Origin: Chrysomallon squamiferum
Taxonomy: Eukaryota; Animalia; Mollusca
Assembly: GCA_012295275.1 (NCBI GenBank)
Contig: CM022671.1
Span: forward strand, 2,728,001 to 2,792,000
DNA length: 64,000 nucleotides
Reading direction: 5' to 3'
This document shows positions 39,801-51,400 of the stretch, piece by piece. The translations under genes were made by a program, and so were the position numbers. Below the pieces are notes generated by a model, which was not told the DNA's origin, did not search any database, and was given only the letters and a program-made list of their open reading frames with translations. Each line of letters starts with the position of its first letter. Position 1 is the stretch's first letter.

Positions 39801-42800
39801 GAATGTAACAATTAAAATTTATCTGTTTATGAAATTATTTGGATGACATCAGAATACACAGTTCTAAGACTGAACCTACAGTATATTTTTAGAACTGTGA
39901 CACACAGACTAAATTCTGGCTTTACTCATTACTTGCTATACACAAATGTTTTCAGTAGAAGACAGTATTATATGTAAAACAGATGAGTAAATAGTTTGCA
40001 ACATTTGAAAGAAACATAAATGGTATTTTTCACTGTAGTAGGCTGACATTTTGACTGCAATATAAATTTAATATCAATGAACAAATCGTGATGAAGTGGA
40101 ATTTATGTGAGCTGATCTTTTATGTTTTAATTTTATGTTCATTTACAGACAGATGTGTTATTTGATTCGTTTTCTTGTTGTTGTTTTTCGTTCTTATTAG
40201 TTCAATGTCTGTTTTTTTCTTCTTTAAGGATCACCATCACAAAACACTTTAGAGGAAAAAACAATTATGATGATTGGAGCAACAGGATCAGGAAAAAGTA
40301 CTCTGATTGATGGGATGGTCAACTATCTTCTTGGTGTGAAGTGGGAGGACAACTTCAGATTCAAAATCATTGACTTAATGTCTGAGGAAGAAGCAAAACG
40401 GGGAATTCAAGTATGTATGCAGTAATAAATCTGTACAAACAGTTCTAAATACTTGAAAAAAAAAGAGGTCATTTTCATTTTCTCTTCTGAAATAAATTGA
40501 ATTGAAAGTGTAATGGGAAATACATAGTAGATACATTGAAACCAGATCTAATTATTGCTTACTCCTGTGAAGTATTTTCAAAACATTAAATTCTCATTAT
40601 TTTATTATTGAAATATTATTTCTTTCACTATGTTGCTTCAATTATTTTGATGTTTCAAAATTATAAATATATTTGTTTTGCCCACAAAACTCTGGATAAT
40701 TTCTTTGCAGTAAGCTGTGTTTTTTTTATTTTATTTGTCATTTAAAATGAATAGAACAAAGTGAAGGTCTGTTCACTCAAAATCAAACACAGACAAGGCT
40801 AACCTTAGAAGAGTGCAAGATTTATTATGAATAATTACAATCTGTATACATATTTGTATTGAACTCTTGTTATAGGTTTTAGTGATTCTTAAATATTTTG
40901 AGTAAAGATGCAGCCAACATACCATCTAATATATTAAAATAATCCTTATATTTTAAAATAATACTGTAAAACCAAAAATAGCCTCTTGTAAAACAAAAAC
41001 AAAAACAGATAATAAATATAATAGTATCTAAATTATGATATCATAAAACAAATAGAAATGACCATTAGCTGAACATTTAAAAGGGAAACGATTTTGATTG
41101 TCTTACTAAAACAAAAAAGATTAAACATATACGTAAATAAAAATATAAAAGTCTGAATGCAACACATTAAATATAATCTTAACAATTAATAAAATACAGC
41201 CTTGGGTATGGATGACATAAAGATGACTAATTATTAAAGATAGTTTTTGTTTTCTGTCAGCAAAGTTCCTTGGACTATTGTTCCAAGACCTTTTGACCAA
41301 CGAGAATTGGAGTCATCACCCTGATCTCTAGCATATACTGATTTATTGGAATGTAGAAAAGTGTGACCTTTTCTTGGAATGAAATAGTAAATTAGATTTT
41401 AAGTCAAATAAATTTCTTTTGAGGAGTCTGTTATTTTCTTTATGTACGTCCATTAAAAAACTGACATTTCTGTTCTCTGTCCTTAATACTACATTATATA
41501 TATATGTAAAACCTTTAATTTAATAAATTTGTCTTAATTCATCAGTTTTTATTAGCAGCAATTATTAGCACATTTACTATAAACAGTAAGTTCAATCTTA
41601 TATGTGCATTTTATTCTTATAGGCAGTGTCACAAACAGACTGGATCACCAGTTACAAAATATATCCAAAGAACACAACAGTCAGTTACGTACTGAACATC
41701 ATTGATACTCCAGGGTTTGGGGATACAAGAGGAATTGAAAGGGACCAACAACTTGTAGAACAAATAAAACATTTTTTCTCAACAAAAGGTGATCAAGGTA
41801 TTGAAACAGTAGATGCTATTTGTTTTGTCACACAAGCACCTCTATCAAGACTGACACAAACTCAGAAGTACATATTTGATTCAATCTTATCAATATTTGG
41901 CAAAGATATGATAGACAATATTGTGCCTATGATAACATTTGCAGATGGAAAAGAGCCACCAGTACTGAATGCATTATCATTTGCAAAAATTCCATACAAA
42001 ATACACTTTGTTTTCAACAATTCTGCATTGTTTGAACCTAATACAGAACAGGGAAACAAATTTGCAAAAATGTTTTGGGAGATGGGATCCTCAAGTTACA
42101 ATGACTTTTTTTCTTTTCTATTGACTCTGAAAACAAAAAGTCTTCAGCTGACAGCAGAAGTACTGACGAAGAGAAGTGAAATGAATGCAATCATGAAAGG
42201 TCTCTTACCACAGATAGAAAGAGGTCTTGAAAATTTGGCTACTATAAAAAAAGAAAGGGAACTTGTAGAACAATTTGAAAGGCAAATAAATGATAACAAA
42301 AATTTCAGTTACAAGACCACAGAATATCATGATAAACAGGTTCCTCTGAAACCTGGAGAATATGTTACAAACTGCAGCCACTGTCACAAGACATGCCATC
42401 ACCCTTGCGGTATTCCTCTCACTGAAAATAAACGTGGATGTGCAGCGATGAATAATGGTACCTGTAAAATCTGTCCTGGACAATGTGACTGGACAATGCA
42501 TACAAGCAGTAAATATCGAATAGAAGTTAAACCAGTTCAGGTGAAGAAAACACTCGAAGACATGAAAAAGAAATATGAATTTGCAAAGAAGGAAAAAGTA
42601 TCAAAACAAAATCTTGTTGATTCAATTAAAAAAAAATTTGCTGAAGAAAAGAATGTTGTCTGCAAAATGCTAACACGTGTGAGAGAATGTTCAAACTATT
42701 TAAGAGAAAATGCTATGAAATCAAATCCACTGTCAGAAGTGGACTACATTAACATGCTGATTGAAAGTGAGAAACAAGATAAAAAACCTGGTTTTGATGA

Positions 42801-42909
42801 ACGCATTACAATGTTAAAAATATTAAAAAAACAGGCCGAACTTGCTGAAAAAGCAATACAGATTGATGACATGGATGAGCTGCTGAAACGTCTGGGATTT
42901 GAAGACTAA
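36880..42909 (+). CDS. Uncharacterised FN3 + septin/AIG1-like (TRAFAC) GTPase with coiled coils and a Cys/His-rich module, ~809 aa
   Basis: Exons 36880-36886, 37857-37900, 38165-39074, 40229-40410 and 41623-42909 are all GT-AG and in phase (2430 nt). FN3: [20 protein letters not shown]...YYEV...[27 protein letters not shown]1 GATGSGKS (40276-40299), G2 SQT, G3 DTPG (41704-41715), G4-like TFAD. The first two small exons are less certain than the last three. Confidence 0.9.
36909..36967. repeat. 28-bp tandem duplication in an intron
   Basis: 'tactttcaaacagtattaaagattagtt' twice. Confidence 0.9.
38174..38707 (+). repeat. Coding minisatellite: 12 x 42 bp (KPT[S/N][10 protein letters not shown]) plus a diverged partial 13th unit
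   Basis: Unit aagccaacaa(g/a)tacagagttaggaagtgatacaaagagtgga, period 42 from 38174 to 38677, in frame with the downstream FN3. Confidence 0.97.
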
Positions 42910-45436
42910 TGTTATAAAAACATAATGTGTCTGTTTAAAATTACAGTAATTACAAAGCTGTCAGTGATATTTTATAAACAATTACTGTAAAACATTTTTA
43001 GTAAGTAATTAGTTTTCTTGTTTATGTTTAAGACAAAAGCAAATCTTTTTTTATGTAACATTTATATATATTTGGTATGGACATTATATTTTTTGTATGT
43101 AATATGATACTGGTTTCTATATTATTCTCTTGTTTATTTACATTTTTTGCTTACATTTATTTTATAAATAATAATTTTCTGCATTACTTTGTACTTGATT
43201 AATGTATATATACATATTTTTATTGTGTATTTTTTTGTGCATTGTTTTAGGCTTTGTCTAAACATTTTTCTTATCTAAGTAATTTTTGGGTATTAGTTTG
43301 ATTTTTGATGTATATGTATTTTTTCTAAGTGATTTTTTCCCCCATTATTTTATGCTTAATATATATATAAATAAAGTTTCTGTTACAGATTTGTAGTTAA
43401 TAAGAATGAATATACATTTTTGTTAAGTAATTGGATATGCGTATATTTTATATTTAATCAGCGTGTTTGTAGGAAATAGTTTATTTTTGGTATTATAATT
43501 TATTTTGCTTCATCAGTCTATACACATTCTTTTTATCCTACAGTAATTTTCTGTATTATTGTTATGTAATTAATGTTTGTCTGTACATATTTTTTTTTAA
43601 AGAGTAATTTCAAAATTATTTTGCGTTTGTGTGCATTAAATAATTTACTAATGTTTTTTAAAATCTAGTTATAATTGTCTTGTACATTGTTATTGTGTAT
43701 ATATTTTTCTGTATTTTTTTATTTGATTTGTGCATATTTTTCTTATCTAAAGTAATTTCTGACAGTAGTGCTTAAATTTGATCACTGTATAAACATACCA
43801 TGTGGCCATATGCTTAATGTTATTATTTTTTTTTCTTTATTACTGCAACAGGACTGCCACCAGTCAGAGAAGGGTCAATACATTTTTCAATTTGTCATGA
43901 AATTATAGAATTCTGAGAAAAGTCAGGGAATTGTATGTAGAATCATTTGAACTGATCTTGGTCAGCTGGTATACATTATGAATTTCATTGCATTGAAAGG
44001 AAGAATGTTAATGAGGAATTTGTTTTATTGGATATTGGTTATGAATATAAATACTGCATAACTGATACTAATAGCAGGTATTTTTTTATCATAAAAACAT
44101 AGTAAAGACTATTAATATGCTGTGAAAACAAGTTGTTTATTATCAACATGTAAAACTGGATGGAAAAAAGAAAAGAGTAAGTTTCTTATATTACATTACC
44201 AACTGGATTTCTAACAAAAAAATGATTTTGAATTTTCATGAAAGTGTAATTATGAACCAAACTTCCTCTCATTTTCAATACTTGACAGAAGTATCATGAG
44301 TAAAATGGAAAGAAAAGATTAAACATACTAATATGAAGATATTAAACGGTTAGTAGTGGATACATTATTTTAGCAAACGATTTAATATGTTTCTGAAAAA
44401 TCAATTAAAATTGATAAGAAATATAACTCTGTTTTTCATCTGAAGTACATTTTTGTTTCCATAACTAATTTGATGCTCTCAAGACTAAAATTTTGAACTT
44501 TCAGGCTTTTTAAGCAAAAAAGGATTGAATTATGTTGTTATGGTCACAGAGAAATGATTTGACTGCAAATACAGCTTGTTTCAAAATACTATTTTAGAAT
44601 TTTGTGGTAGTATATGTCTTAATTACATAATGCAACAAGTCCAAAACTAAGTTTAATTTTTTTAGTTCCAGAATAGTTTATGTAAATTAAAATACAAAAG
44701 ACATATTGCGAGCTAGATGAAATTATTCCTTTGAAATTAACCATATTTAACAAAGTTTTGTATAAATGAAAAAGTTATAATTAGAAAATAACAATTATTC
44801 TTCTTCATACTCCGAAAGGAATTGACAAATTCATGATGTAAGTGGAATAACTAATTTTAAAACAAGAATAGCAGTAGAATTCTACATTTCTATTGTTTAA
44901 TTTATATATATAATAATATTATTATTCTTATAATTATAGTCCTTTTATATTTAATTTATTTAGAAAATGTTCAGTAATTATACAGCATTTTATACAGATA
45001 AAACAAAATAGGAAAAGAAACTTACTGGTGTAAAGAAAATAATTTTTCTTACTGCTAGAATTAACACCTTACTATTAAAAGGATTCATCTATCTTATTCA
45101 GTTAAGTAACTGAAAATACTTACCTGTAAAACAGATATGATTAATTATTTTAATTATGCGAACTGTAGTATTATAAAATGGCTGTGATGTAATTAAATCT
45201 AATAGCCTGAAGTCAGATATACTGATATGAAATAACATATTAGTTTGAACTATAGAAGTGGATTATCACCCACCTATAATATTAAAATATTTTCATAACT
45301 CTGCATCTCACTTACTTGGGTTTTTTTTTTTCTTGTAAAACATTAGATGGCTTAATAAGGTATTGAGGAGTTTTGACTTAACTAAGATTTCTCTGCCAAT
45401 AGATTTTACAAAAGTGTGATAGAAATGTAACAGTAC

Positions 45437-48400
45437 CTTGGAGTGACTTGACAAATGGTGAAGTGTGCGTGTACTGAGCTGAAAGTTTTTCAACAAAGAC
45501 TGAACTTCTTCTCGGTCTGTGTGAAACATCAGTGGCATTCCATTACGCAAAAACACATCCACAAACTGACGTCCATTCTGTTTAAGAAAAATCTTGTTAA
45601 TTATAACATGTCATTATCCAGTATTAATTACTTGCACTTTATATAATTTACAACCTCACTGTATTTCATTTGATTTTTGTTAAATGAAACACTTTTAAAA
45701 TTCTTCTCCTCACATTCTAAACCTTTTTAATAACAATTTTTGATATCATATGGTAATCTAGAAAACTAAACGGAAAAAAGATCTGGTTAAAACCAATTTT
45801 GTCAACATTCTACCAACCTTCAAAGCAGCACCAACAATCGATCGACTGTCAAATATCTGAAAAAAGAAAATATATATATAAAAAAATAAATCTACAAAAC
45901 AATGTCACACATGATTCTTAATTAAGGTTAATGACAATTTCTTTGTCGTCATCTAAGAAAAATTAGGTGTTTTTTTTATATGTTTATTAGGAAACAATCA
46001 CATCATTTTCTAGTGATAAAATGAGAACCAATTGTTTACAAAACGTATATAGGCTATTCTTACTAATACAAGGGATCTTTAAATTGACTTTTTCATAAAA
46101 AGATGAAATTGGAAAGAATCATGGAGAAGAGTCTGGTAATTTTATTTTATTATATTCTACAATACATTTATACAAATTAACAAGAACCATGTCAATATAT
46201 AACGAAAATGTTTTGCATATGGTTAACAAAATATTTTCCTTCTTAACATACGTCTTTTTCTATTTTGATATTATTAAAATTTTACTGACAAACTTTTCTC
46301 ATATATAATGAATTAATCTGTACACCATGACAAAGAGGTTTTAAAAAGAAACACAGCAACAAAACAGACAGTAGTGTGTGTAATTCTGTCTTCATACCTT
46401 AATTAAGTTTACCAAAACATGTAGAATTTTTACAGCTATGCTCCATCTTATCAGCTGATCTACCTTCACCTGAAAAATATTGTTTAAAAATGCATGTCAA
46501 TAACATTCATTGACTAATAATGCAAAAAGCTGAATTAAAAAAATAATGAAAAAAAATTAAATATAAAATCAAACATTAAAAAAATTACTAATTATATTAA
46601 ATTTAACTCAAATAAGATGTTCATTCCATTAACCAGAATTAAAACTTTTATAACACTTTTGTTTCAAATACTGGTTTTATTTTTTTTTATATTCATTTCC
46701 ACTGACACTTCTTTTCTGAAATTTCCCACATCTGGAATTTTATTTAGCTTCCACAACTTCAGGTATAGGATTACTAATCAGCATAAAAATTAAAAACTGT
46801 AATTCACAAGTTAAACTCAAAAATAAAATTTTCTCAACATAAAACAAAATAAAGAAAAAAAATAATAACCTCCCTGGAGTGACTGTTTTTGATGGGAGTC
46901 ATTGACTTGATGTATCCCACAGTCTCACTGAAAACAACTCGATAATACACTGGAAAACTTGACCTGTTACATTCAGAGTAAATCATTATATTTTAATGCT
47001 TTGTAACGTAACTATATCCAAGTTAAAATTATCTGTTATCACAAGTAACTGAACACTTTTTCACACTGACTACAGATTTTTTATCACCTTAGATATACTT
47101 TCCACAAGATATAAAAAAAACCCAGTATGTAACAAATTTGTTTTAATAAAGAAGAAAATTACAAGAACAAAAATTTCAATTTACTGAGTAAACAAAAATG
47201 TAAATAAAATATTTGGACTGAAAGATAAAATAGATAGCCGAATAAGGTTTAAGTTAGCAACAAAAAACAGAATAAAAATAATAACGTAATTTTATCAAAA
47301 CTGACCTGGTAAGAGAAGGAAAGGAATCTGAAAATCCATTTTTGTCTGCCTCAATTAGCTCAGGAATTGCTTTTGTTGTGATCACTTCTGCTGCCTCAAG
47401 AGTGTCATCTGAATATGTTAGATACATCCTATCAAAAAGAAATTTCAGCGTTCAAAAAATCAAAACAAACCAGCCTGTAGACAGTCTGTGTTAATACCGC
47501 ATAATAAGTATAACAGACATGTAATGGAATTTCACCTTTATTTAATGTCTCCCCCATAAAAATTTAAAAAATAAAATAAAATAAAATAAAAATGTCAAGT
47601 TTAATAAAAATGTTACCATTATTCTAAATGACATATATATGCAACCACACAGGCTATGTAGATGAGAGTGATATGAAAATGAAGATTATGCCAGAAGCAA
47701 TATGAATGCTCCCATAACTTAATGGCCAAAAATATAATTTAAAACCCATTTCAACGTGCAGGATTTTATGTATTGACAACACAGTCCCAATTTTCAAATT
47801 TAGAAAGAAAAAACCAACTATTGCCCGAGAATATAAATGAATTTAAAATTATACTTGCTTGATAATCATCTGTAAGTTATCATTGTGTTTAGCACCTTTC
47901 TCCTTTTCTCCATTTGCACCAATCCACTCTCGTTTTAAAAAACTTTCAGCAAGATTTCCTGCAAATTGTCAAATAAAGAAATATAAATGAACTGAAACTG
48001 AAATAAAAGTTAAATATTTCTGTCAGTTACTACAGAATATTATCTACATGTTTTTTTATAACAAATTTTTATTTTTAAATCTGATTTTCTAAACGAGCCA
48101 AGATTACTGGTGAGTACTGAAACCTACCCAGTTTGTTAGATAGTTTGTGAACATCCACCTTAGCAGCAAGAGTTCCAAGAAGTTTGATAAGAGTAACAGC
48201 CGTGGAGATGTTGGGAACTGCAGCAGCAAAGTTCTCCACATACTTGAATGCCACACTGCAACAAACACACAAAGATGATTTACTTCTTTTTCACTCTTTC
48301 TTAAGATGCAGAAGATTAAAATAGAAACATGTGTACTTAAGTTAACCTTCACTAAACCGACATGTTTTCAGGTTTGAATTTACATAACTCCTGTGACTGA

Positions 48401-51400
48401 TGTGTGAATACGCAATTGTAATATACTGTTCAAATGTTATTTTAAAGAGTGTTTAATGCATCTATTCTCAATTAAAAGAGTATCCGTAGTAACCAATCAA
48501 TAAACACTTATTAAACATTAATCAGTGTTCTTATACATGTTTTAAAACTGTACCAAATTTAACAAAATAGCAAATGAAACAAAAATTGTTTTAATAAAAT
48601 TTATAATATAAAATGTAAAAGATTTTAACAATTTTAACAATAATTTAAGTTTTACCTAACAAGTTCCTGAAATGAAATTTGTGTCGAGTCTAAGGTTTTA
48701 ATTCTGCAAACAAGAACCTGTAGAGCTTTCTTCAACAGAGGCTGGTTTTCTGACTCCAAGAATCCATTCCTTCAACAGCACAAAAATCTTAGCATAATAT
48801 CACTCTCACACAAACAAATAATACACAACATTCTTTAAGTAATGATACACCTGCCAATCACTAATATTTATTTAATGTCACAATAAACAAAAACAATAAT
48901 TATTAATTTATGTGTTATTTAAAATTTGGAATGTACGATGATTAATGTTAGGGATCACTCCAGATGATGTAATAAAAATTCATAATCTAAAAATGTTTAT
49001 GTTAACACCCTTTCTGGTTATGAAACAAAACAGTCTGGAAAGATATAAATGTTTCATTTCGTGTTTATTAATGTAACAATACAACAGTTAATAAACAAAA
49101 CTTTTTTCTTCATGTGGAAATGTTTTGGGCTTACCATGAAAACACAGACACCATTGAGTGTAGAAGTAGTTGAAAGCACGAAGTCATCAGAACAGCATCA
49201 TCATCATCATAACCAGGGCCATCAATGAGTCCGTCATTTTCACTAATCATAGTCTGTACAAAAACGATTTTAAAATAATTCTAATAACCTCAAATGTTAG
49301 ACAAAAGTAAAAAGGTTTCCTTACCTTTTGTTATAAAAAGAATTTTAAGTTATCACAAAATAATTTCATTCAAATAAAAAAGAATAAAACTGAATAAAAC
49401 TTTGTTTAAATAAGGATTGTAATTCTTTATATTTTTCAAATGATGAAAGATTCAACCTATCGTAATTTCACTTAATTATAAATAACACAAACATTTATAA
49501 TAAAATAGATACCAAAAAACAAATGTAACTGAATAAATTAAACTTGAAAAAAAAGAATTTAATAATTAAATTATTATTTAACGATTGATTTTAAAGTGGG
49601 TAAAGCTGACCTGAAAAAATGTACTGACTGCTTCCAAGTGATTGCATAAGGCTGGTAACAGTCTCACAGCTTTTGCAGCTATTTGTTTTGGAGTAAACTG
49701 ATCAAGTAGATGAAACCCAACATTTTTATTTCCTTTCACCTGAGGGAATGAAAAGACAACAAAAATAAGTTTAAAAATAAATAAATAAAAAAGTAAATAA
49801 GAATAAAAACAAAAATAAATAAATAAATAAATAAAAATAAATGAGGTAAGTAAAATAATAATAGCATTTGCTTCACAGAGTATTAAAGTATTTAAGATGA
49901 AAATGTGTTTGCACCTAGAAAACAATGATCAAGATACTTTGTATTTTTATACAAATATTGCTCAGAGGAAGCAAACGTTAGTCAAACTGAAGACAAATTA
50001 ATTTAAAATTTCCAACACCATTTATAAACTGACTTATTAGATAATAAATAAAAAAGTAACAAAAAGAAAACACCATTTTCTTTTCATTAACCAAATTACC
50101 AACCAAGGAGTCTTATAACAAATGAAATAAATAATTGCAATCTGTGCTTTATCAAGATAAAAGAACATTACTTTTTACTATTAGAATCAAAATAAAACAA
50201 ACTGACAGGGTATCCATATTGCATTAAAGAAAAAGAAAAGTAATACTGAATAATTTACATGGTTTTAGTAAATGAGTAAAATTAATACTTTAAGAAACAC
50301 TCTTCGTTTGCTGGCTGATGCAATCAGTGAATGGTTGAGTTTGTGTGCGAGATCCTCCAGAAGAAATTCTAGCTCAGCTGGTCGAAGGTGTAGACTTGTT
50401 TCATCCTGTCAATTAAAAACATTCAAATTATTAACATCTCAGCATATTTGGTGATAAAATAATTTATTATATTTCTAACATTTGAGGAATTTTTCAGAAA
50501 TTTGATGTATATTCAGGTCTGTGCTTTAAGTCATGAAAATGAAACATATGACATCATTATTAACTTTATAATTAAATTAATTCACTGGGTGTCTGGGAAT
50601 TTCAGACCTCTGTCTAAATATAGAACCTTACGAAATGAATGGTGAGAATTTAACAAATTAACATAATGAAATTTAGGACAGGTACTGATTTTTGATAAAT
50701 GACAATTCAACATTTCAAACTATTATTATTATCATTATTTAAAAAAGATATCTGTACATTTTGTGTGTAGTGGTTTCTGTAAATGTGTCATGTGAAGACA
50801 TTTTTTTGTCAAAACTTTGTCCTGGGCATTTTGCTTTAAACTTATTTTTACCTTTGTGTTACTGTCTGTATCCATAGCTACAGCAGAAATTAGTTCATTG
50901 TTCAGTACAATAAACGCACTAATGTCCAACTCTCTGAAACAAACAAAATTAAATTAAAATGTACCACTGATGATGTATCCAAAAAGCCTTAATACATTTT
51001 GTTTATTTTGTCTTTGCTAAAAAATAAGACAAAATTAACATGTTAATGAAGATATATGGAATTTGAGGTTTCCCCCCCCCTTTATTGTGAAATCATTCTG
51101 AAATATTAAAATAGCAAAAACAAAATTCTGCGGTAAGTCATTTAGACATTGTAAATAAAACAATTAAAAAATACCCCATTAAATTAAATAACTTAAAAAT
51201 ATTAACACAAAAAAACTTTTTTTATACCTGAAATATTGTCGATAATTTCCAAGGTTAATATTATTTTCATCTCTGGTATCAGCTTTCACCTGATTCTGTG
51301 ATTCTCTTGGACTACTTTTATCTGCATCCTGACAACAAAATAACTAACAACAGTAACATAAACATGGCTGACATGGTATTTTTAGTTCTCATGATCATTT

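Noticed and set aside
41862-42501. Minus-strand ORFs 41862-42059 and 42205-42501
   Set aside because: Antisense to the GTPase exon, with no recognisable features.
41626-42909. 427-aa ORF as a standalone intronless or horizontally acquired gene
   Set aside because: It starts at GTG just after a splice acceptor (41622/41623) and lacks the Walker A motif, which is in the upstream exon 40229-40410.
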